DNA of 63,550 nucleotides, filler included, from Guillardia theta CCMP2712 (Eukaryota; Protista; Cryptophyta): NCBI RefSeq assembly GCF_000315625.1. It is 8 parts of 8 records of this genome, joined end to end, with 100 filler letters (N's around TTAATTAATTAA, not from the genome) between each part and the next. Parts side by side here need not be neighbours in the genome. Positions count along the whole stretch, not along the records: positions 29,660 to 48,892 come from NW_005434345.1; positions 48,993 to 53,954 come from NW_005434179.1; positions 54,055 to 56,774 come from NW_005434383.1; positions 56,875 to 60,625 come from NW_005434659.1; 4 more parts are not named here. One strand, 5' to 3'. Shown piece by piece: positions 47,782 to 58,207 of this stretch (position 1 is its first letter; each line of letters starts with the position of its first letter). The notes under the pieces were generated by a model. It saw only the letters and a program-made list of their open reading frames with translations, ran no database searches and was not told where the DNA came from. The position numbers and the translations under genes were made by a program.

Positions 47782-48050
47782 GAAGATGACTGGGTAAAGA
47801 TCAACGAGGAAGGATCAAAAGGGAAGCCTCAAAAGCAAGCAACCAGGATCAGCATGGCAGGGAAGGGGCAAGGATACAGAAGACAGATGGAAGACGAAAG
47901 GGCAACGGTCAACGAGGACAGACCGAAGGGGAAGCCTCACAGGCGAAAAACAACCAACATGGCAAGGAAGGGGCAAGGACACAGGAGACAGATGGATGAC
48001 GACAGGGGAAAGGGCAACGAGGACAGACCGATGGGGAAGCTTCACAAGCG
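47782..48050 (+). repeat. About 2.5 diverged copies of a ~105-108 bp repeat in the 3' region of the non-LTR element
   Basis: Recurring GA[AT]GAC...CAACGAGGA...GGGAAGC..CA...GAAGGGGCAAGGA...GACAGATG. Confidence 0.8.
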
Positions 48051-48329
48051 GCAGGCAGGAAGGACATGTCTTAGCCAAAAATAGAAAGGTGACGGTTACA
48101 CTGAAACGTCAACCCGGCCCGGAGAGATACGGCACCGGCGGCTCGGAACGGAGGACTATGGAAACCACAGAAACAGCGGAACAGCGATAGAACTCTGGAT
48201 GCCACAACGGGCCATCCAAGAAGGGCCGCTCTGCCAAGCGTGAGAACCCATTTAGACTAGACTAGACCGGGAAGGTACCCGATGCGACTATTCTAGCATT
48301 CTAATAAAATCGACTACTACTACTACTAC

Positions 48330-48409
48330 TAGGGTTTAGGTTTAGGGTTTAGGGTTTAGGGTTTAGGGTTTAGGGTTTAGGGTTTAGGGTTTAGGGTTTA
48401 GGGTTTAGG
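48330..48409 (+). repeat. Telomeric repeat (TTTAGGG)n, middle block of about 11 units with one TTTAGG variant
   Basis: Seen directly. Confidence 0.97.
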
Positions 48410-48788
48410 ACCAGCGCCGGTTATTTCAGGCACCAAGGCTGCACGCGTGGTGTAGGGGAAGCCGCCAGGGCGCCAAGGAAGCTGCAAGCGAGAGGTTTGT
48501 ATACTTCAAATAGCTTTCTAAATATGGTTCTTCAGTATGATGAAAATGTTCGCAACATGCTGTATCGGAGATCATGCCAATTATGTGTGTGACACGCAGG
48601 GCGAGCTTGTGGATGCCGCGGTCCTCGAAGCTGATCTTGTCGAGAAAGTGAAGAGCTTCGCGAAGCGTTTTCCTAACAGTAGGACAGCTCAGGCTTGCAA
48701 GGCTGTTGAGGGATGCACCCCCGACGCTATCGCAGAAGCCATCCGCTCGACATGTCAGCAGGCACGACGGGAGCTTCTACAAGAAGCG

Positions 48789-48892
48789 AGGGTTTAGGGT
48801 TTAGGGTTTAGGGTTTAGGGTTTAGGGTTTAGGGTTTAGGGTTTAGGGTTTAGGGTTTAGGGTTTAGGGTTTAGGGTTTAGGGTTAGGTTAG
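48789..48892 (+). repeat. Terminal telomeric repeat (TTTAGGG)n running to contig end; probable right chromosome end
   Basis: G-rich strand oriented 5'->3' toward the contig end. Confidence 0.9.
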
Positions 48893-49307
48893 NNNNNNNN
48901 NNNNNNNNNNNNNNNNNNNNNNNNNNNNNNNNNNNNTTAATTAATTAANNNNNNNNNNNNNNNNNNNNNNNNNNNNNNNNNNNNNNNNNNNNCGGCGATG
49001 TCCGAGGCTGTAAGGACTCAAGTTTTGACTTCTTGAGAGTAGAGAGTCGCTCAACCTGAAAGGTCTCCTTTTGAGAACCGGGCGATGGCCTCCGTGATCA
49101 GCAGTCATGTAAAGTAAACATGACTGCTGACCGTGGGAATTTTTCATGGAAAAAAACTTAGAATCTCCTCGGACAAGCGGAGAGCAACAGGAGCAGAACG
49201 AATCGAGCCAAGACTTGTACATCCTCTTTTGCACGCCTCTACCTTGAGCCCTCGCACTCCTCTACCAAACCACTTGCTGCTGCCCATCTCATCAGCTGAT
49301 GAACTGT

Positions 49308-49796
49308 ATGTCTCCCTCCTCCTCCTCCTCCTCCTCCTCCTCCTCCTCCTCCTCTCCCCGCCCTCGTGCTCGCATCGACCCCCCCCTCGCCTGCGAGATC
49401 TTCCTCTACCTCCTCAACCATCCTCCCTCCCTCCCCTGGACCCCCACCCCTCTCAGCGTCGCGCTCTCCCGCAAGTACGGCATCACCCCCAAGGCCGTCC
49501 GAGACATCTGGACCCAGCGCACCTGGGCCCATGCCACCCGTCACCTCCAGCCCTTGCCTCTCTCCGACGCCTCCCCGCACGCTCCTGGAGGACCCCCCGA
49601 CGGCCGGGGGGGCAGCCGGCGGGAGGGGGGCGGGGAGGAGGGGAGGAGGGAGAGGGGGGCGGGGAGGAGGAGGGGGGAGACGCACGATGGGGAAGGGTGG
49701 CTGATGTGCGCGGAGAGGATCGGGGCTTTCGTAACGGGACAGGACTCAACACGAGACTTGGAGAGATCGAACGGATGTTTTCTCACCATTGCATGA
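49308..49796 (+). CDS. HTH-like protein of a cryptophyte-expanded family, copy 1
   Basis: ACEIF...SVALSRKYGITPKAVRDIWTQRTWAHAT matches the YG(V/I)-x-PK-x-(I/V)RDIW-x-x-RTW pattern (from recall). Confidence 0.7.
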   Translation: MSPSSSSSSSSSSSSSPRPRARIDPPLACEIFLYLLNHPPSLPWTPTPLSVALSRKYGITPKAVRDIWTQRTWAHATRHLQPLPLSDASPHAPGGPPDGRGGSRREGGGEEGRRERGAGRRRGETHDGEGWLMCAERIGAFVTGQDSTRDLERSNGCFLTIA

Positions 49797-50271
49797 CAGC
49801 AGACAAAGTCGTGTAGATGAGACAGCTTTGTCTACGTCTTCGTCACATACATCTTGTGTGCATGGAGGGAATGTGTGGGAGAACTATGGGAGGGGATCTT
49901 CCACGGGTTGCGGATCCTGACCTCCAGCTGTCATGGGCAACTGCGCATCAATGTCTGGTTTGCTTGCAATGGGAGAGACGTTGATTCTCTGGCATAGCCT
50001 CCGAGCATGCAAAATACTTGTCAAATCTCTTTCCAGAAAGTTGCAGCAAGAGCTTCTACTCCATGTTCATTCACAATGATCTTTGCTGAGGGAGTGTGCG
50101 CATTCAGAATAACTACTCAACCTGTTTTCTGATCAGAGTATCATTATGATTATTAGAGTATGTTTCTCCATAATCCAGCCAACGCATCATAACAAGGCAC
50201 GATCGTGCTTTCTTCATGGTAAAAGTAAACGTTCTAATTGTACATCTTCATTGTAGATGGAACTACTGCAA

Positions 50272-50944
50272 TCACACCGTACAGATCATATTGTGCACAG
50301 GACAACGATGTTGATGGTTGGGTAGGTACCTTATAGTTCCAGAAATCGATGCGAGAATATAATGGAACGACCAACATAGAAACAGGCAGTAAACTTTACA
50401 AAGCACGCTAGAATGAGATTGAAAAATAGACGATACCTGACTATGTCTGTCTAAAAGATAGCTCCCAACCCGAGCCCTCCCAGCCCTCCCTGTCCCCATC
50501 CCTTGTCTCAATACTTGCAAGCTCCTCCGTCCACCCCCCCCATTTCAGCCTCCGCCACTCGCTCCTCCTCCTCCTCCTCCTCCTCCTCCTCCTCACTCTC
50601 TGCACATACCTCCCGATGCTCTCCGTGCACGTCAGCCACAGAGCTTGCGGGGGGTCTTGGAGTGACAACGTAAGGGTCTGAGCTGAGAGAATAGAAGCGC
50701 AAGCAATGGCCGGGAGACACTCGCAGCATAACGTCGGATCGTATGAAGGTCGGCAGAAACTCTTGGCAAGCGTTCCGTCAGAGAGTCTCGAGCTTTGAAG
50801 GTTTTGATTTGCCGACTCGTAACGGGATGTAACGAAAAGCAGCGCCGGAACTCCGAAGTCTATTGTAGTCATCATGGTCTGGTAGGAGTTATCTCGATGA
50901 TATCTCGACGATATCTCGCGACTTCTCGTCTGCTCGGGTGGCAT
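50272..50944 (-). CDS. Hypothetical protein (multi-exon)
   Basis: Long open exon followed by a GT donor and a (GAG)n intron; no family recognised. Confidence 0.3.
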
Positions 50945-51085
50945 CTGTGAACTTTACTACAGTGTCAAGATGAGGAGAAGTCAGCAGGCAAAACTCGATG
51001 GCTGGCTTAACAAGCCCCCAAGGTTCCAAGCAAACTTCCCTGACCCCCTATCTCCCTTCCTCACCCTGCACAGCCCCTATCCACC

Positions 51086-51559
51086 ATGCCTCCCTCCTCC
51101 TCCTCCTCCTCCTCCTCCTCCTCCTCCTCCTCCCCCCGCCCTCGTGCTCGCATCAACCCCCCGCTCGCCTGCGAGATCTTCCTCTACCTCCTCAACCATC
51201 CTCCCTCCCTCCCCTGGACCCCCACCCCTCTCAGCGTCGCGCTCTCCCGCAAGTACGGCATCACCCCCAATGCCCTCCGAGACATCTGGACCCAGCGCAC
51301 CTGGGCCCATGTCACCCGTCACCTCCAGCCCTTGCCTCTCTCCGACGCCTCCCCGCACGCTCCTGGAGGCCCCCCCCGACGGCCGGGGGGGCAGCCGTCG
51401 GGAGGGGGGCGGGGAGGAGGGGAGGAGGGAGAGGGGGGCGGGGAGGAGGAGGGGGGAGACGCACGATGGGGAAGGGTGGCTGATGTGCGCGGAGAGGATT
51501 GGGGCTTTCGTAACGGGACCGAAGGAGGAGGAGCAGGAGGAGGCGGGAGGAAGAAGTAG
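51086..51559 (+). CDS. HTH-like protein, copy 2
   Basis: Near-identical to 49308-49740; an extra C in a C-run shifts the C-terminal frame. Confidence 0.65.
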   Translation: MPPSSSSSSSSSSSSSPRPRARINPPLACEIFLYLLNHPPSLPWTPTPLSVALSRKYGITPNALRDIWTQRTWAHVTRHLQPLPLSDASPHAPGGPPRRPGGQPSGGGRGGGEEGEGGGEEEGGDARWGRVADVRGEDWGFRNGTEGGGAGGGGRKK

Positions 51560-52029
51560 AGATGGTGAGGCTTAGATGTAGTGTAGGAGCTTCTGAGCTG
51601 TGGAGCTGTCTGACGATGATCGGAGGATTCTGAGAGCAGCGTCGGTGTGAGAGCAAGAGTACAGCATTAAAAACAATTTGTGACACATAAAGCAAACAAT
51701 CGCCCCACGTCAGGCACCGTGCAGGCTGCCGGACTGACAGTACGGTAGCAGCTCGCCGGTGCAGCTGCCTCGCTCTTCAAGGAGGTACGACGGTAGCCTC
51801 GCAGCACGGTGATGGTGCGGCAGAGCGGCTCACCGGGGCTGGGACAGGTTAGGGGTGACAGATCCGAGCTGCAGTGGGCTGTAACGGGAAAACAACGGTT
51901 TTCGGGGAGCTTGATGGAGAGATGAGAGGAGGGAGGAGGGAGGAGGAGGAGGAAGGAAGAGGAGGAGGAGGAGGAGGATCAGGAAGATCAGGAGCAGCAG
52001 GAGCAGGAGGAGATGGAGGAGGAGAAGAT

Positions 52030-52112
<83 letters not shown>

Positions 52113-52187
52113 AGGATGAGAAGGAGGAGGAGGGAGGAGTCACCCTTTTCCTCTGAGTTTCCTTTGAACTGCAATCGAACGCTGCAC

Positions 52188-53540
52188 ATGGCATGGCTTC
52201 AGACTGCAGACATGCATGGTGGACGTGCTGTGCATGGTGGACGTGCTGTGCGGTTCCTGAATGCGGTGACGTGCGTCGCCGTCTTGTGTTGCTCGTTGAC
52301 CTCCTGCCATGCTGTGAGCGGCGAATGCACCGGCAAGACCAAGAAGAGCACACGCGCGTCGCTTGCCCGGAGACACTTTGAGGATGCCAAGGCTGTGAGC
52401 GCTAGGGGGAACGGAGAGGAAGCGATGAGGCTCTACGAAGCTGCGTTAGCTTGCCTCCCGTCCTGGGGGGATGCTCGTTACCTGCTCAGCATGGAGATGG
52501 AGAGAAGCGGCAGGCTGGATCAAGCTCTGGAGAGCATGGCGGAGGTGACGAGGCTGGATCCGAAGCTTGCAGGAGACGCCTTCTTCGAGATGGGGGTGTG
52601 GCACTCGCGGGCGGGGGACTACCTGGGGTCGAAGGCTAGCTTCGCAGAGGCCGTGAGGCTAAAACCAGCGCGAGCAGACGCGTGGTCGAACCTGGGGGTT
52701 GTCAACCACCACATGGGAAGGTTCCAGGAGGCCCTGGCGGCATACCTGACGAGCATTAAGATGCAGCCGATGTATGTGGCGAGCTACTTCAACATGGGGA
52801 AGGTGAAGCAGGAGCTGGGAGACGCGGTGGGAGCCGTCGAAGCGTTCGAGGAGGCGGTCAGGATCCGACCGACGTACTTCGAGGCGTACGCGTCCTGGGG
52901 AGGGGCGATGACGCCGTTCAGGAGGTGGAGGAGAGCGAGCGAGATTCTGCGAGAGTCCTTGAAGCTCCAACCTCAGTCAGCGGAGGCCCTCTACCTCCTC
53001 GCCTTCGCTCTGATGCACATCTGCCACTGGCGGGAGCTGGAGGGCGTGCTGAAGGATCTGAGGACGAGGGTTATGGAGAGGATGAGGAGAGGGGAGAGCC
53101 CTGGGGTAGAGCCGTACGCGTCGCTCACGTTCCCCTGGGAGCCGGCGGAGCTGAAGGCGATCGCCGAGTATCATGCGAGAGTCGCTGAGGAGGTGAGCGA
53201 TGCAAGGAGGAGGAAGGGGAGGGGAAGGAGGGGGAGTGGGATTTAAAACACGGGAAGCGAAGATAGGGGGGTAGGAAGAGGAGGGGCGGGAGAAGGAATG
53301 GCAAGAGGAGGAGGAGAAGGAGGAGAAGGAGGAGGAGAAGGAGGAGAACAAGAAGGCTGATGCGATTGCAGATTCCGCGGCAGACGTTCATGATGCAGAT
53401 CAAGAGCTTCAGGTACAGCAAGCGAGTAAAAACGTTGAGGGTTTCGTTCAAGAGCTACGACATTGGCGATCATCAATCAAGCTACCTGATCTCCACCGTG
53501 CTGATCAAACTGGCGGAGAGCAAGAGCATTGAGTTCAGGT
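52188..53540 (+). CDS. TPR plus glycosyltransferase family 41 (OGT/SPINDLY-like) protein, 3'-partial
   Basis: About 7 TPRs (ADAWSNLG, VASYFNMG, FEAYASWG), then HICHW, PYASLTFP and LRVSFKSYDIGDHQSSYLI (compare OGT LRVGYVSSDFGNHPTSHLM). Confidence 0.82.
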
Positions 53541-54465
53541 CTGTCTGTACTGATACATGTACGATATTTCTGTTGAGATTTGTTTCCTTTGATCTTGTAC
53601 TGATGCATGTATGATACTCTTGTTTAGATTGCTTTTCCTCTGATCTTGTCGTAGCGTCTATTGCCTTCGCCCTCACGACCGGTCGGTTCTTCGTGTACAG
53701 ATTGAAGACGCCTTCCAACAAAGATTTTTCGATGTGAATTTCTTTCCGCGTCGCTGCTGTATTGCTGCTCTCCATCAAAACTCTTCTCCTTCTCCTTCTC
53801 CTTCTCCTTCTCCTTCTCCTGCTCTCTTTCTTTCTTCTTTTCCTCTCCTCCTTGCATCTTCTCACCCAAACTTTTGCTGACTATAAAATGTTCCCATGAA
53901 AACATGATTACACCACCACCACCAGGATCATCACAACCACAACCACCATGATGANNNNNNNNNNNNNNNNNNNNNNNNNNNNNNNNNNNNNNNNNNNNTT
54001 AATTAATTAANNNNNNNNNNNNNNNNNNNNNNNNNNNNNNNNNNNNNNNNNNNNTCAGAGGAGCCTCAAGGCCTGTGTAAGGATAGTGGGACGACGAGCC
54101 CGGCGTGCCAGTCAGTAGAGGATCAACAACAGAACTGTAAGGACGGAGGACGGCAGTTCGCTTGTGCCGCGCCATGCGGTCTCACAGTGAGGATGGAAGT
54201 GAGAGCGGATCTTCACGCATTCCTTGTTGCTGTTCCCTCGCTCTCGCTGTCACAACCGAAGTGAAGATGGCGAGTAGGCGCATTTCTCCTTACACTCCTT
54301 TCCACTGCTTGAGAGCCAACGAGCATCGGTACCTGAGCAGACTAGTCCCGTCAATCATTCTACGTTTTAGTATTTTATTCACCTTCCAGTCTCTATGATG
54401 AGGTGTTAAAAATAAACACACAACAGCGACATTCAATTGAAGCCTGCATCAGGTTCGACAAAGAG

Positions 54466-55268
54466 TCACTTGAGCTTTTTGTTGAGAAGCTCCAGTACGA
54501 GACCCATCGTAACATTCAAAGCAGATACGCCGCTCTTCAACTCGGATACGTCGCTCTTCAACTCGGATACGTCGCTCTTCAACTCGGTTACGTCGCTCTG
54601 CAACGCGGTTACGTTGCTCTGCAGTTCATTGAACCTCGTGTCCACATCCTCCTTCAGTTCATTGAACCTCGTGTCCACATCCTCCTTCAGTTCATCGAAC
54701 TTCCTGTCCACATTCTCCTTCAGATCTTGCACAGCACCATAAATATTCCTGTACGGAGTGTAAATCAAAACAAACGGTATGCTTCCAGGATCCACAAACG
54801 ACGTCAATTCATGGTGATCAGAGGCCAGAGAGAAGAACCTGCTCAAACATCCACTGACCACCTCAAAGTCCTCTCTGTTGCCATTCGTCAACAAACCTAT
54901 CGCCGCAATCTTGGAGTCTTCGCCAATCATCTCACCCTTCAATACATTGTACAGCCGATTGACCTGAAACAGCTTTTCAAAGATTTTGCCAGGCGTCTCC
55001 GTGATTTCAAAGCAGATGTACTCCTCCTTCATGACTTGGAGGTCCTCATATGAGACTCCATGCTTTCCGAATATCCTTACATCCTGAGCGGGGTTGACGA
55101 CCACGTCCTTGAAGATGGTTTGAAGATCGATGTCATTGTCAAAGGTCAAGCACATGTCCGCTTGATATTCCGATATTGTAGCGAGGTCAATATCTTTAGT
55201 ATCATCCATCCGACTGATCGTCAAAGGATTAATCTGTCTTGTGGCGCACTCTTTGTAATACTCTTCGC
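54466..55268 (-). CDS. Protein with putative PD-(D/E)XK-like domain and C-terminal 11-mer and 7-mer coiled-coil repeats (5' part in gaps)
   Basis: Long open exon; EYQADMCL...CFEITETPGK..EKLFQ; repeats FNELKEDVDTR and ELKSDVS. Confidence 0.5.
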
Positions 55269-56874
55269 NNNNNNNNNNNNNNNNNNNNNNNNNNNNNNNN
55301 NNNNNNNNNNNNNNNNNNNNNNNNNNNNNNNNNNNNNNNNNNNNNNNNNNNNNNNNNNNNNNNNNNNNNNNNNNNNNNNNNNNNNNNNNNNNNNCACATC
55401 TGCTGAAGATTGAGCCTTCGAAATATGATTGCATGTTCCCCGGGAGGTTGGCGGGAGAATCGATGTACTGGCAGTCAGCCTTGCCCTGCCGCATGATTCC
55501 TGGCCGCGCCAGCATTTGCGGCGAGGTCTGCCTGCGATGAGNNNNNNNNNNNNNNNNNNNNNNNNNNNNNNNNNNNNNNNNNNNNNNNNNNNNNNNNNNN
55601 NNNNNNNNNNNNNNNNNNNNNNNNNNNNNNNNNNNNNNNNNNNNNNNNNNNNNNNNNNNNNNNNNNNNNNNNNNNNNNNNNNNNNNNNNNNNNNNNNNNN
55701 NNNNNNNNGATTGGTATTCGATAGAATGAGCGGCTAAATATATATAGGATGATAGATAGAACAATACAAATTATTTGGATGGTAATACTTCAATCATTGT
55801 AAAGAGTATGAAAATATCTGTTTTGGTACTAACTTAACTTACATTCGGCATTTACAAACAGTTATTGCTGAGGTACCGTACTAGCACGACCCCGTACAAA
55901 GTGCTGAACTTGGTACCGTAGTACTACTTTCCCGCCAACAAACTTCTGCTAGGCCCGCCCCGGCATTCCAGCACCGCCATGGGGCCGACCAGCTCGGAAG
56001 CCCGCCCCAGCAACATGCCCGGTAGTACAGTGTCAGTGTTATGATGCCTTGTGACGGACTCGGATGGTAATAGGCTGGCCGGGTCCACCCGGCGGCCCGG
56101 GGGGGTCACCGGGGGAAAGGGGCCGGGCCTCACTCAGTTATTGATGGAAGATTGCGGCGCCGGGTTGACAAAACTCTCCTGTAAACCCAGACGAACCTGA
56201 TTCTGTGTTTCAGGACGGCGATGTACTACGGTAGCACGCGTGATGATTTTCACCTCCCCCAGACGAACCTGACTCTGATGTGTTTCAGGACGGCGATGTA
56301 GCACGCGTCACCGTCAGTAACAGTGAAGAGGAGGCCTTCCTAGCCGTCTTGCTCCTAAGGTCTTCTCATGTCTGGATGCTAGCCTGGGCCTCACTGGCAT
56401 ACAGTTGTCTATCTCTCATAGGCTCCTCAATTCTGGTTTCGTGTGCATTCAACTCGGTCTTGAGCAAACGTGTGACCGGACTGTCTTGTTGCAATTAAGG
56501 TTGACATGATATCTGTATTACTTTGACTCAGTACAAGTCTGACAAACTTCAACGGTAGTCCGTCGGTTATACCCGGCCCGAAATGAGCCGCTTCCATGGT
56601 GATGCCTTATCCCGCCCACTCCCCTACCCCCCCCCTACTATGATGACCCCAGCAGTACCAAGGGCCTGTGGGTAGGTGAGAGATTTGAGGTGGTAGGGGT
56701 ACTCGTTTACAGAAGTTGCTAGCTAAAGAGGGGGATAATATCAGGTAAAGAGGGGGTACATTTGTACAAGGGGTNNNNNNNNNNNNNNNNNNNNNNNNNN
56801 NNNNNNNNNNNNNNNNNNTTAATTAATTAANNNNNNNNNNNNNNNNNNNNNNNNNNNNNNNNNNNNNNNNNNNN

Positions 56875-58030
56875 TGCCTCCGGGTATCGCGTCTAAGGGA
56901 TTTTATTCCTCCTGCATGCTCCTGCTGCTTGTTGCTTGATTGCCTGACCCTTCGGCTGCTTGTCTGCGCGGCTTCGCGCTTGGGCTGGCGATGCCGCGTC
57001 TGGGTGCCAGCAGTGCTGGTTGTTTTCGGGCTTGTGTTTTGTGTGTGATTGTGCAGCTTCTCGCTGTGTGCTGTGTGCCTGGAGGTTTAGCTTGTTCCTG
57101 CTTTGTTTTGCTTGAGGCACTTTTTACCTTCTGCCAGTAAATCCATTCGCATCCCTTAGACGCGATACCCGGAGGCAGCCGACTGACCAAGTGGTCAGTC
57201 GGCTGCCTCCGGGTATCGCGTCTAAGGGATGCCTCCGGTGTGGTATCGCGTCTAAGGCCTGGGGCCAGCGGACGGAGGGAGGCTGGACACGGCAGCGGAC
57301 GTCTCGACTGACAGTGGTCAGTCGGCTGCCTCCGGGTATCGCGTCTAAGGGATTTTATTCCTCCTGCATGCTCCTGCTGCTTCAAGCGGCAGTGTTGCTT
57401 GATTGCCCGGCCGACCCTTCGGCTGCTTGTCGGCGCGGCTTCGCGCTTGGGCTGGCGATGCCGCGTCTGGGTGCCAGCAGTGCTGGTTCTTTTCGGGCTT
57501 GTGTTTTGTGTGTGATTGTGCCAAGACAATGGATTTACTGGCAGAAGGTAAAAAGTGCCTCAAGCAAACAAAGCAGGAACAAGCTAAGCTAAACCTCCTG
57601 GCACACAGCACACAGCGAGAAGCTGCTATGCTCAGATGCTCGACTGCTATCTCCATGGCATGCCGATCTGCCAGTGTCCGACGGAATGTGATGGATGTCA
57701 GCGCGAGCTCCGAGGCTCGATCCCTCCGTTGCTGCGCATCATCTCCAGACCTGCAAACGCCAATCCTCCAAGCTTCCCACGGCGCATGACAACCTTACTC
57801 GTACGATTCGGTCGATGCTGAACGAAGCTGGTCTTCAGAGCGTCATCGATACAGTGGGGGATCCTCGTTCTCGACGGCAGGTACCCTCCAATCCTCAAGC
57901 CGCAGATGATCGGCATGCTCAGCTCGGAAGACCCGGTGGCACACTCAGGCTGATATAGTATCAGCAGTCGAGCATCTGAGCATAGCGACTAGCGAAGATG
58001 GTGGACTGCAAGAACCTATCCTGCGACGTG
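56875..58030 (+). mobile_element. Rearranged relic of an RLE-type non-LTR element with direct and inverted duplications
   Basis: Fragments CDGC...HHLQTC and AHDNLTRTIRSMLNEAGL (CCHC plus RHD-like motif); multiple internal duplications and a perfect 41-bp-arm hairpin. Confidence 0.55.
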
Positions 58031-58207
58031 AGCGAGCGAGTACGTCCTGCGGCTGTGCGGCGACCGTACCGCCGGTACTCGGGCGGCCGGGCCGGGCCGC
58101 CTGCCGGGGCCCGGACTCCGGGGCGGGGCAGCCTCCGTGGCGCTGTTAAGTTAAAAATCACTACGAGGAAGCAGAGTGTGCAGAGTTGAGTGAAAGTTGC
58201 GTTGGCG

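Larger units (their letters stand above)
37109..48329 (+). mobile_element. 5'-truncated non-LTR retrotransposon with restriction-like endonuclease, inserted in the telomeric array and interrupted by an LTR element
   Basis: RT motifs KAAGLD, MRPI, QEGFRPGRS, YLDFANFFNNV, GLPQGGASSP, FADD, KYLG and GGL; CCHC finger CPWC-x8-H-x4-C; RLE motifs AHNRV, PDG, EIAR and KY; AATAAA at 48303 plus (TAC)n tail; TTTAGGG arrays on both sides. Confidence 0.93.

Noticed and set aside
54403-55053. Plus-strand 216-aa ORF
   Set aside because: Antisense shadow of the minus-strand coiled-coil repeat gene
56186-56310. Short direct duplication of about 45 bp (similar ones near 2136-2195, 6804-6845 and 34340-34480)
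   Set aside because: Two-copy local duplications without further structure; ordinary slippage products
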